The position numbers and the translations under genes were made by a program. A stretch of DNA of 63,966 nucleotides, filler included, from Malassezia furfur (Eukaryota): the NCBI GenBank assembly GCA_052055015.1. It is 3 parts of 3 records of this genome, joined end to end, with 100 filler letters (N's around TTAATTAATTAA, not from the genome) between each part and the next. Parts side by side here need not be neighbours in the genome. Positions count along the whole stretch, not along the records: positions 24,991 to 49,815 come from JBQJIT010000139.1; 2 more parts are not named here. One strand, 5' to 3'. Below the pieces are notes generated by a model. It did not search any database. It was given only the letters and a program-made list of their open reading frames with translations, and was not told where the DNA came from. Shown here in pieces: positions 31,108 through 41,327 of this stretch; the stretch's first letter is position 1, and the number at the start of each line of letters is the position of its first letter.

Positions 31108-32089
31108 AGAAGAACAGGACCTGGCACGCGTCTTGGCCCTGTCGATGCACGACTCGCCGCACTCGGTCGCAGACGCGGGCGAGCACGCGTCTCCGCCACG
31201 CCGGTCGCCACGCCGCACGGCTGCTGCGCGCTCGCCTGCCGCGCAGACGCATGCGTCGCCGCCCGTCGCGTCGCCGGCCCGACGGCCCGCCGCGTCCGCT
31301 GCACCGTCGCCGACCGTCGTTGAAGACGTCTTCCAGTCGCGCTCAATCCCACCCGAGGCACGCACTCGGTCGCAGCGGAGCACGCCGAGCAAGAAACGCT
31401 CGCGCGACCGCGACGCGATGAAGATCGGCAGCGACGTCTTTGCGGCCGACCCGGCCGAGCCGGGGCGGTCGCCCGCGCCCAAGAAAGGCAAGCGTGGGCG
31501 CACCGCCGAGGAGACTGTACGGGAGCCACAGGAGCTCAGTGCAGCGGCGCCCGAGGCGCAGGAGCCCGTGCCGCCGGCCGACGGCGCGCCAGACACCGAT
31601 GCGCCAGAAAGCGATGGGGCGACCGACGCCGCGCTGGAGCAAGGTACACCGCCTCCAACCGAGACCCCGGCAACGGGCTCTGTAGAGAGCGCACCGGCTT
31701 CGCCGCCCGCGGCTGAGCCTGCGACGCACTCATCCGCCCCGGCCTCCAGGGCCACCGATGCAGCGCAGCCGCCCCAACCCACGTCGCGCGGCGCATCACC
31801 GACGGCACACGACGCACGCCGTCGCCTGTTTGGAAAACGTACGTGCTTTTCTCACCCAGCACTCCCCACGCTACTCGCCCAGCGAAAAGCGGCGCCGACC
31901 ACGAGTCGTTCAGCTGGTCTGCAACGGACGACACGGATCCCCCCGCTGCACACGAACCGGAAACCGCCGCCGCCCCCGAAACCGCGCGCAACATCGTCGA
32001 AGCCCAAGGTGGACGAGCCGGTGGGCTCGGACGAGGAAGAGCGCGAGCCCGAGCCCGACATTGACTACGAAAACGAAGGGTTCTTGTAA
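31094..32089 (+). CDS. Low-complexity hypothetical protein with N-terminal ubiquitin-interacting motif; probable intron 31839-31859 (21 nt)
   Basis: EEQDLARVLALSM fits the UIM consensus; C-terminal AGLQRTTRIPPLH segment followed by an acidic tail. Confidence 0.7.
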   Translation: MSRRREEQDLARVLALSMHDSPHSVADAGEHASPPRRSPRRTAAARSPAAQTHASPPVASPARRPAASAAPSPTVVEDVFQSRSIPPEARTRSQRSTPSKKRSRDRDAMKIGSDVFAADPAEPGRSPAPKKGKRGRTAEETVREPQELSAAAPEAQEPVPPADGAPDTDAPESDGATDAALEQGTPPPTETPATGSVESAPASPPAAEPATHSSAPASRATDAAQPPQPTSRGASPTAHDARRRLFGKRTCFSHPALPTLLAQRKAAPTTSRSAGLQRTTRIPPLHTNRKPPPPPKPRATSSKPKVDEPVGSDEEEREPEPDIDYENEGFL

Positions 32090-32114
32090 TTACTAGTATA
32101 CAGGTCATCAATCA

Positions 32115-32855
32115 TCAAAAGTTGTCGGTGCGCGTCGTATAGGCGGTGAGGTCGACGTCGGGGAAGGGGTCGTCACTCATGCGCATCGGCTCGTCGTCGG
32201 AGGCGGTATCGGGCAGGTTGTGCATCCCAAACGCACTCGGCGACTCGCGCAGCGGCGGCATGGATTTGGTCGCTTGGAACGCTCCACGCGAAGGCAGCGG
32301 ACGCATTGTGCGCCCCGCATCGAGCGGTCGGTTCTCGATATTGGCGTGTGGCGCCGGCCAGAACGTTTCCTCGTCGTCAAACGCATTCGCGAGGATGTTG
32401 TCCGCATCGTCGTCATCGAGCCCACGCTTCGGCGCAATGACATTCAGCGACGTGTTCGCCGACTCAGTGTCCGACGACCACTGCGAAAACATATTGGCGT
32501 CCTGGGAGGACGGCGGCGGCATGGCGGTGCCGCGCAGCGCGCCGCTCGGCATCGTCGCAGTGCGGCCCCACTGGTGAAAGCTGCTCTTCACCTCCTGGAG
32601 GGTATTTTGCGCATTGGCAAAGTGCTTGGGTGTACCCAGCTCCGAGGCGCGTGGGCCGCCCGCGTACCCGCGGTTCACGTCTGGGTAAGTGGGTGGCTAC
32701 GCACTGGCACGGATTCGCCAGCTCATGGACTGCAGCTGCGCCTGGATCTCGGGCGGTATGTGTGCGTATTCCGACGAGGTGCGCGCGAGGCCGCGCGCCT
32801 CGTGCTCACGCTGGAGCACGTCGTTGGAGCTAATCGCACGCTTGCTCATGGTCAT
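32115..32855 (-). CDS. Spd1/Dif1-like ribonucleotide reductase inhibitor-motif protein; intron 32681-32704 (24 nt)
   Basis: Splicing gives IPPEIQAQLQSMSWRIRANVNRGY, resembling the Spd1/Dif1 motif (L..vGMR(I/V)RKsV..GY); the rest is predicted disordered. Confidence 0.6.
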
Positions 32856-33064
32856 CGTGGCGCGCAACGCTCCGGCGCCGCACCGCGTGCCGCTTCGCGG
32901 TGCGCACCGCGCGGCGCGCATACGCGCCGCTGATTAATTCGTGGGATGCACGCGACACGCGGCGCGTGCAGGTGCGTGGAGGTCCACCGAGGCACACCCA
33001 CGGCCGCCGGGCGAGGAGGGCGGAGCGCCAAGCGCCCATGCTGCGACTGTCTATGCTACAGGGC

Positions 33065-33442
33065 TTACACTTCGAGGTCGTACGCGAGCACATCTGCGGG
33101 GTGTGAGTATGCGTTCCCCGGCGCGGCAACCTACCATCGACGTTCGGGATCAGATTCATCTTGGCAAAGCTTCGGTCAGTGCACGCATCGCACGTACTCC
33201 TTGTGGTCGTTGTCCTCCTTGTACCGCTCGAGCCCCTCACGCGTGCGGAACACCGTGTACAGGCCGTAGTTGAAACCGTGCGCACGGGCATCCCACACCG
33301 GCGGGCCCCACTTGAGCTGCAGCACCTCCTCCTTGGTCACCTGGAGATCGCGCAGCGTCTCGAGACGCGCCTTGAACTCCTCGAAACCGTTGCTGAGGAC
33401 CTGCTGCTTGACCTTGACGAGCACGATATGGACGTACACCAT
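33065..33442 (-). CDS. Stress-responsive alpha/beta barrel (Dabb family) protein; introns 33170-33197 and 33094-33134
   Basis: Spliced MVYVHIVLVKVK...RAHGFNYGLYTVFRTREGLERYKEDNDHKDFAKMNLIPNVDDVLAYDLEV fits the Dabb pattern. Confidence 0.85.
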
Positions 33443-33480
33443 GATGGGGAGGAGACAACTCGCCCGCGGTCCACGTGAGC

Positions 33481-34507
33481 TTATTTCCGCGGCGCGCCGA
33501 GGTCGGTGGAGGTCCGCGCTTTCGCTTCGTCCCACAAGTCGCGCTGGCCATACACGCCGGCGACAATGGTCAGCAGCATCCACGCGCCCGACTCGCGCTG
33601 GGGGTCGTATGCATCAGCCGTGGACATGTTCCGCGCATGGGCGGCTCGGTAGTTGACCAGAAGCGTCGTGCAAGTGCGCCCCAGCGCACGCAGGCCCGCG
33701 ATTTCCTCGCTGAGCAGTCGCCGGTCGAGGCGCGCGAGGAGCGCAAAGAGCCACTGTGCATGTAGTGGATGGACGGCGTGCCACACCGAGGTATCTTCGT
33801 AGACGCGAGTAAAATAGGGCTGCTGTGTCCATTTGCGGATATACTGGATGAGCTGCAGCGTGTCCGACTGCGTCAGCACGCAACGTACCGTATCGAGTGC
33901 CGCCACGGTGCGAGCTTGTGGTGCGCAATATACGAATCCATAGTCGTCGACGAGCGGGTCGCCCGTCGGCACCTGCTCCACCGCGCCGTCGACCGCGCCT
34001 TCGGACGCGCTCTCAAATGCGTCCGACTCGTCCGCCTCGCCCGTCATTCTCCGTTTCTCGTCGGCGCTCGGTGCCTTGCGCCCATGCATGATGCGGAACC
34101 AGGCGGCCTCGTCTGACACGGCCGGAAGGCGCACGCCCGGCGCGTCGGGTGGGGGCGTCGAAAGGATCTGTGTCAGTCGGTCACGTACCTGGTGCAAACG
34201 TTCGTAGCGCTGCAAAAATACGGCGCGCCACTTGGCCGACGGCACAAAACCGGTCGACTGCATCAGCGTCGACGGCGCCGACGCCGCGTCGGCGACGCTG
34301 GGACGCTCCACATGTTGTGCACTGTACAGGATCGGAGGCTGCAGATTCGCCTCGCGTCTGGGTGAGCCTTTGCACGTACCGCACCATGGCTAGGTACTGC
34401 TCGCCATCCAGCGGCACACCATCGAAATCCATTGGCAGTGTCGCCACCGGGAGGCTCGCTTGGCCATATTCGCACCGGGTGCTCGGCCGCACCCCACGAC
34501 CGTGCAT
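33481..34507 (-). CDS. Gemin2/Brr1/SIP1 (SMN complex) homolog; introns 34358-34379, 34168-34188, 33868-33888
   Basis: LPMDFDGVPLDGEQYLAMVRREA; AQWLFALLARLD...LRALGRTC; MLLTIVAGVYGQRDL. Start codon uncertain. Confidence 0.8.
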
Positions 34508-34557
34508 CGTGCTACTACGCTCGTGCGCTCGGCCGACCAATTTTTTTGAGCGCCGCG

Positions 34558-35568
34558 ATGCCCAAACGCAAGGAGCGTGAGAACGAGGCGGTCGAGGCAG
34601 AGCTGCCGCTCGCCAAGTACCTTGCGTCCACGGAAAAGCGTGTGCGGGACCGTGCCATTCGGTCCCTGTCCGCCTTTCTGCTGCGCAGTGCGCAGGAAGG
34701 CGGTCTGGCGATGTCGCCGCTGGAGATCGCCAAGCTCTGGAAGGGCATCTTTTACTGCTTCTGGATGTCAGACAAACCGCTCGTGCAGCAGGCCCTGGCA
34801 CAGGAGCTAGCCAACCTTGTGCTACATGTGGCCGGCCAGGGAGCCGACGTCGATACGGAGCTGGACGCGAAGCAGAGCGAAGCGCGTGCGCTTTCTGCGC
34901 TCGACTTTTTCCACGGGTTCTGGGTAACGATGGAGGCCGAGTGGCTCGGCATCGACAAGTTCCGCATCAACAAATACTACCTGCTGATGCGGCGGATGCT
35001 GCATGCCGCGCTTGTCCTACTCCAGACGCACGGCTGGAAGGAGCCGATCCTGCAGCGTTTTGCGCTGGTCATGGGCGGCAAAGACGGCCCGCTCACAGCG
35101 AACAATGTGCGCGTGCCGGAGAGCATCACGTACCACGTATGCGACATCTTTTTGGACGAGCTGGAGCGTGTCGCCGAGGCCGAGGAAGGGACGATACCTA
35201 TGCTGCCGCTGCTCATTCCCTTCCTGGGCCTGGCGGCAAAGAGCACGTCAAAGCGCGTCTACGAGCGCGTGATGGGCAGCGTCATTACGCCGTTCCTCGA
35301 GGCAGCACAAAAGGCAATGCGGGGGAAAGAGCCCGCCTATCCTGCACTGCTGGCGCACGCGGCCGTTTCTACGGAGGAGGACGGAGACGATGAGGAGGAC
35401 GACGACGAGGATGACGAAGAAGAAGACGGCAACGGCGACCAAAAGCGCATCGCGAAGCTGCGGCGCAGCCTTCTCCGTGCTGCCTTTATGATCGCGAGCG
35501 GGCCTGATACCTATGCGCCTAGCCGGCGGAAGCTGTACGCGCTGTGGCAGGCCGAGATGCAGCCGTAG
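34558..35568 (+). CDS. RRP1: Ribosome biogenesis protein Rrp1/Nop52
   Basis: LASTEKRVRDRA, KLWKGIFYCFWMSDKPLVQQ, EWLGIDKFRINKYYLLMRR. Confidence 0.93.
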   Translation: MPKRKERENEAVEAELPLAKYLASTEKRVRDRAIRSLSAFLLRSAQEGGLAMSPLEIAKLWKGIFYCFWMSDKPLVQQALAQELANLVLHVAGQGADVDTELDAKQSEARALSALDFFHGFWVTMEAEWLGIDKFRINKYYLLMRRMLHAALVLLQTHGWKEPILQRFALVMGGKDGPLTANNVRVPESITYHVCDIFLDELERVAEAEEGTIPMLPLLIPFLGLAAKSTSKRVYERVMGSVITPFLEAAQKAMRGKEPAYPALLAHAAVSTEEDGDDEEDDDEDDEEEDGNGDQKRIAKLRRSLLRAAFMIASGPDTYAPSRRKLYALWQAEMQP

Positions 35569-35632
35569 CGCGACCATCGATCTGTTTAGTCATAGAAGGC
35601 TTCTCCAGAGCCTGTGCGCACATCTGCTGGCC

Positions 35633-36558
35633 ATGGACGCGGAGAGCACCGAGGCGACGCAGCGGCTAGGCCCGTCGTTTACAACGTCGCTGATCGCGGG
35701 TGCCGCATCGGGTATGTCGGTGGATCTGCTCTTCTACCCCATCGACACCATCAAAACCCGGCTGCAGAGTGCCCAAGGCTTCTGGAAAGCCGGCGGCTTC
35801 ACCGGCGTGTATCGCGGCATGGGCAGCGTCGCGGTCGGCAGCGCGCCGGGCGCATCGATCTTTTTTGTGACGTACGAGTCGCTCAAGTCGTACCTCTCGC
35901 GTACCTTCTTCCCTGGCCATGCCAAGGACGCCAAGGCGATGTCGCCGTTCGTGCACATGACCTCGGCATCGATTGCCGAGGTTGCGGCGTGCCTCGTGCG
36001 TGTCCCCACCGAGGTAGTCAAGTCGCGGCAGCAGACCGCTGCGTATGGGCGCATTTCGTCGCTGACTGCGTTCCGGCAAGTGGTCGCGGGCGAGGGCGTC
36101 GCGGGGCTCTACCGTGGCTTTGGCGGCACCATTCTTCGCGAGGTGCGTCGCGTGCTCACCCAGATTCCGTTTACGTGCATCCAGTTCCCCTTGTACGAGT
36201 TCCTCAAGCACAAAGCCGCGGGCCGCACCAAAGAGCCGACGTGGTGGCAGGCGGCAGCGACGGGCAGTGTTGCGGGTAGTTTTGCGGCCGCCGTGACGAC
36301 GCCGCTAGATGTGATCAAAACGCGTATCATGCTCGCCAAGGTACGTCCAGCCCACTCACGCAGACGAACACGGGCGAGGCCGCGGTCGACACGCGCATCA
36401 GCGCGACGCTCTCGCGCATCGTCCAGCAGGGCGGCGTCAGCGCGCTCTTCGCCGGTGTCGTGCCACGCACACTATGGATTGGGTTGGGCGGCGCCGTGTT
36501 TTTGGGCACGTTTGATGTGGCTGCCAAGCTACTGGAGCCGAGCGCTTTTGGCAAGTAG
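35633..36558 (+). CDS. PET8: Mitochondrial S-adenosylmethionine carrier; introns 36143-36163 (21 nt) and 36341-36363 (23 nt)
   Basis: Carrier motifs PIDTIKTRLQ, RVPTEVVKSRQQ, REIPFTCIQFPLYE, TTPLDVIKTRIML, PRTLWIGLGGAVFLG. Confidence 0.9.
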
Positions 36559-38087
36559 GCTCGTATGTGTCGCAAGCTGCTCGACAACGTCCAGCACAAG
36601 ATCGTCGTGGCCCCACTGCGTCGCGAACGAGATGCCCACCGGCAGTGCGACGCCGTCGTCGTCTTGTATGGTCTGGGCAGCCGGTGCACTGAGCACCGGT
36701 ACACCCGCGAGGTTGGCATACGTGGTGAGTGCGTCCTGTGCACACTCAAACGCGGCGTCCTCGGCGAGTTTGGGCGCGCCCCGTAGCGCCGTAGGATGCA
36801 CAAGCACGTCCACGCCTTGCGCGTGTCCTGCTGTGCCTGTGCGCAGATCTGTTTCGCGCCAGTGCTCCGCGAGCTCATCCATGAGCGCACAGCGCAGCGA
36901 GACGGCTGCCATGTAGTAGCTGTCCCACGCCTCGGTGGTTACGGCGTAGGTGCCAAGCAGGATACGCCGCTGCACCTCAGCCCCGAATCCGACCGAGCGT
37001 GCCTTGGCGATCGTCGCATGGAATGTGGCCTCATCGGGCACAGCAATGCCTGGGTCAGCACAGGCGACGTACCGTATCGCATGCCGTCGTAGCGGCTCAG
37101 GTTGCTACTGGCCTCGGCGAGCGCAAGCACGTAGTAGGCGCCAATCGCGTGCTCCATTGCGGGCACACGTACTGGAACGATCTCGGCGCCCAGTGACTGC
37201 ATCGCCTCCAGAACGTCGTCGGCAATCTGCACAACATTGGGGTGCACTTCCTCGGGATACATCTCCGCCGGCACCCCGACGCGCAGGCCCGCGAGCGGAG
37301 CGTTTGGGTGGCCGAGTTTGGCACGCCGCGCGCCACACAATTCTGCAAGGCGCGCACGCAGCTGCGCATCGATACACGTCTCGTCGCGGGGGTCTTCGGT
37401 GGCGACCGCGTGCAGGGTTGTTCGCACGTCGTCGACGTTGTTGGCGAGGATGCCGACAGTGTCGAGCGAGTCGGCATACGACACGACTCCCCAGCGACTG
37501 ATCATCCCGTACGACGGTTTGAAGCCGTACACGCCGCAAAAAGCGCCCGGCAGGCGCACCGAGCCGCCGGTATCGGTGCCAATGGCGACGCGGCACAGGC
37601 CGCCGGCCACGGACGCCGCGGCGCCGCCTGACGACCCGCCTGGTGCGCGCATCGCCACGCCATCAAGGTCCGGTGCTGTAACATCGCTGTATATGGCCGG
37701 GTTGGCCACGGGGCCATGCACCGAGTGGGCATTGAGGGTGCTGGGTCAGATCGCGACGTACCCCATCGCGAACTCGTCGCAGTTGGTGCGCGATGTGATG
37801 TGCGCACCTGCTGCATTGAGTGACTCAATGACAGACGCATCAAACGGCGATCGATACTCTGTGTGAGACACGCACGTACCGAGCAGCATGCGGCTCGAGC
37901 AGGTGAGTGGCACGTCCGCCATCGCAATGTTCTCTTTCACGCTCACCTGCCACCCAGCCATGGGACCTGTGGGTGCACCACGCGGCGTGAGCCGCTGTGT
38001 GATTGCATTGAACGGGTCGTGCTGCCCGCGCTGGAACGTCGACACGCTCCGCACGCCCCGCACGGCCCTCACGCTGCGAAGCGCCAT
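36529..38087 (-). CDS. HER2: Mitochondrial Glu-tRNA(Gln) amidotransferase subunit A (GatA/Her2/QRSL1); introns 37859-37879, 37741-37761, 37050-37072
   Basis: Amidase signature TNCDEFAMG, PGGSSGGAAA, IGTDTGGSVRLPG, GFKPSYG; GatA-specific EASSNLSRYDGMRYG and GFGAEVQRRILLGTY. Confidence 0.9.
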
Positions 38088-38124
38088 GGACAAAGGCAGA
38101 CCACGTGGCATCGCTCCACCCATC

Positions 38125-38919
38125 ATGTCGTCGGTGGCGATCGCTGCGCCGCCCAGGGGTGCGCCTCGCCACACCGTGTTTCTGGAGCTGTTTGCGCCGT
38201 TTGCGCCTACATGCCTTACGCTGGATGGTGATGCAACTGGACGCGATATCCTGTGCGGAATCACCGAGTCGCTGCGGCTATCGCCGGCAGATGCGGCGCT
38301 GCTCCGCCTCACGACGCGCGGCGGACGCGAGGTGACGCCCACGACGCGGATTGATGCGCTGAGCGACGGCACACATATCTCGCTCGAAGTGCGTATGCGC
38401 CACTGTGGTGGAAAGGGCGGCTTCGGCAACCAGCTCCGCGCCGCAGGTGCGCGCATGGCGAACAAGAACGGCAATGTCGACTCGTGCCGTGACTTGAACG
38501 GCCGCCGGCTGAGCACGATCAAGGAAGCGCAGCGCCTTGCCGAGTACATGGCCCAGGCTCCCGAGCGACAGAAAGCACTTGACGAGGCACAGGCAAAGAA
38601 ATACGCCAAACTGGAGAAGATGCTGGGCCACCAGCCAAAGTCGGCCAAGGACTTCGAGGTCGCCGCCGAGAAGCTTGATGATGCAGGCGAACACCTCGGT
38701 ACCGATGACGCTGCGGATGCGCCGCCCGAGGCCGGCCCGTCGCGCGCGCCGAAGCGCAAGGCACGCATCGACGACCACGAGTATGTCGAACAGAGCCGCG
38801 AAATTGTCGACAATGTGCGCAGTGCCGTTGCGCTCGCAATGAAGAAGAAGAAGAAGAAGGCGTCAAGTAAGGCGCCGGCAACGACCGCACCTAGCGCCGT
38901 CGAGGCCAAGAATGTATAG
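38125..38919 (+). CDS. SDE2: Sde2 ubiquitin-fold-activated splicing/silencing factor
   Basis: N-terminal UBL followed by GG|KGGFGNQLRAAGARM...SCRDLNGRRLSTIKEA. Confidence 0.92.
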   Translation: MSSVAIAAPPRGAPRHTVFLELFAPFAPTCLTLDGDATGRDILCGITESLRLSPADAALLRLTTRGGREVTPTTRIDALSDGTHISLEVRMRHCGGKGGFGNQLRAAGARMANKNGNVDSCRDLNGRRLSTIKEAQRLAEYMAQAPERQKALDEAQAKKYAKLEKMLGHQPKSAKDFEVAAEKLDDAGEHLGTDDAADAPPEAGPSRAPKRKARIDDHEYVEQSREIVDNVRSAVALAMKKKKKKASSKAPATTAPSAVEAKNV

Positions 38920-38930
38920 TACAGGTATAG

Positions 38931-40114
38931 CTACTCCTCCTTCCGCACCGAGGGCCGCGGCGCGGGCCGTGCAGCGGCTGGCGGTGTACGTACGAGGTGC
39001 AGACGCTGCTGGTGCATCACGCGTGACGTCTCCTCGTCCTCTGAATCGGACGGGTCGAGCATCACGCGGGGTCCCGACTCGGGGATGCGAGCCGACCGCC
39101 GGACGGCCACGAGCGTCTGCTGCACGAGGCCCGCACTGCACCGACGGCGCTTGTCGCTATGCGGTGACGCGCCAAGCCATCCGCCCGACGCGCGCCGCGT
39201 CTTGCGAAGGTCGCCTGTGTCGCTCGGGTACATGGCGACGCCAAACTTGCGGCTCGCACGCTGAACGTGCCGCGCCTCGTCGTACGACATGACCGCTTCG
39301 CCGCCCGCGTCGTCTTGGATCAACATACACACGAGCTCAGGCAAGAGGACTGCGTCAAGAAACTGTAGTGCATCGAGCGGCTCAATCTTGGCAAGCACCG
39401 GCGCGTGCGTCAGGTCCAGCGACGGCATCAACGGGTCGTGCACAAATGCGGCGTGGAGAATGTCGGCAAACAGCTCGCACCCCTGCTCGCCATAGCTGAG
39501 TAAGTCGCACCGACGTACTAGCCACACTGCTGCTCATCAAAGCGGTCGATCTGGTGCGCACTTGCGCTTGCGCGCTTCCCCATATGCTCGCGCGCCCGCC
39601 GTGCTTCCTGAAAAAAGGGGCTGCGCTCGGGGTCCAGTAAGCGGTCCTGCAGCACGCGCATGTACCGGTGCTTGGGGTCGGTGATGCGTCTACGCAATGC
39701 ACGAAATTCGAGCTCGAGTGGCCACCCATTGCGCCGACCGTGCGGGATAATGTCGTGCTCGTCGCGGTGCCGCTGGCACACGGCGAGGGTGTCGGTGGGC
39801 CGGAGCACCTTCCCTGCACGCGATTTCTGCACCCACTGCTCCACGAGTGAGCGCAGTGCTGGTGACATAGGGCTTGGCATCGGCTCATGGCAAAAAGGAC
39901 ATTGCTCTGTGTCCGTACGCGGCGCCGGCGGTGCATCTGTAGACACCATGGGCGCCTGCCCGGATGGCGGCAGCGGCGCCGACCCAAACTCGGCGCGGAG
40001 CTCGGCTAGGGCTGCCTCAGAGAGGCCATCCGAGCGCTTCTTGGGGATGACGAGCCGCTGCGCGGTGCGCGCCGGCGCCGTGGGCGCGTCTGCTCCAACT
40101 CCGCGCGACCCCAT
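38931..40114 (-). CDS. RTC4: RTC4-like domain protein; intron 39496-39518 (23 nt)
   Basis: CPFC...CQRHRDE...GRRNGWP...FRALRRRI; splicing restores GYYGEQG; LLPELVCMLIQDD...EARHVQRASRKFG. Confidence 0.75.
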
Positions 40115-40152
40115 TCGCCGGCATCGACGTAGGGAAACGCACCTCCACCACC

Positions 40153-40963
40153 ATGTCGTTCTTGTCCCTGGGTGCTCGCCGACTAGCTCCTGCGCTCGCG
40201 CGCCGTGCTTGGGCCGTGTCGCCGCGTGCGGCTGTGGTTTTGCCGCCGGCGATCCTGCGCACACCCTCGCGTATCGCGGTTCAGAGTATGTGCACAACTC
40301 ACGCAGCGTACGCGACCGAGAAGGACAACTCGGTGTCCTTCCACGACCCGACCGAGCAGGAAGCGCAGCGCTTCCTCGAGCTGGGCACGATTGCCCTCGA
40401 GGTTGGTGACCTCGAAAAGGCGATGGTACGTCTGTGCAGCTGAGCCAGGAACACTACCGCAAGAGTCTCGAGGTGCGCGAAAATGCATCAGCGTACTACA
40501 ACTTGGGCGTGTGCCATTACCAGGACCAGGACCTGGAGAGCGCCATCACCTCGTGGAACGAGGCACTGCGCCTCGCGCCGGACAGTCCTGATGCGCACAC
40601 GAACTTGGCGTCCGCGTACATCATGTCGAAGCCGAGTCGTCCTGACCTGGCGCTGGAACATCTGCGGTACGTAAGGCTATACTGATGCAGGACCGCTGCG
40701 TCGCAGAGCCCCGACGATGCTGAAATCCATTTCAACCTCGGCGCTGTGCTCGAAGCGTGTACGTCGCGTGCTAATCCAGGCGAGGAGCTCGAAGAGGCCA
40801 TCGAGGCGTACAAAAAGGCGGTACAGGGCGGCATCGAGGTAGGTGCACCTCACTCACCCAGCGTGCGGAGCAAAATGTGCGCAACTGCATGGCCAAGATC
40901 ATGTCGGCGCGTCTGGACGTCGAGAACCAGCAAAACGCGGACGCTGCTGCGAAGGACAAGTGA
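40153..40963 (+). CDS. Probable mitochondrial TPR protein; introns 40426-40448, 40667-40690, 40759-40779, 40839-40861
   Basis: Presequence-like N-terminus; TPRs AYYNLGVCHY, AHTNLASAY, IHFNLGAVLEA; four consensus introns restore a single frame. Confidence 0.85.
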
Positions 40964-41029
40964 GAACAACGCCGTGCAACCCGCATCGCAGCGGCATAAT
41001 ACCGTAGCTTCCACAGATCTGCCGAGATG

Positions 41030-41270
41030 CTACATATCGAGCGTGTACGTGTTCTTCTCGAACTGGGTGAGGCGGCGCACGTACCTCGGCCTCGAGCAGC
41101 CCCTGCAGCGTTTCGACCATGCTGGAATTGACAAGCACGTGCGTCTCGTCCAGATCCATCACGATGCATGGCGTATGCTCATCGATGGCAAGAATCATCT
41201 GCTTCACCGCAACATCACTGTGTGAGCACAGCACGTACCAGCTGAACAGTGTGCCCGCATAGGCGCGCAT
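41030..41270 (-). CDS. TFB5: TFIIH subunit Tfb5/p8; introns 41218-41238 and 41063-41084
   Basis: Spliced MRAYAGTLFSCDVAVKQMILAIDE...DLDETHVLV...EFEKNTY. Confidence 0.92.
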
Positions 41271-41327
41271 CGACGGGGGTGGACGGGCTGAGTCAGCAGC
41301 GTACCCCGCAACTGGCTTCGCACCAGG

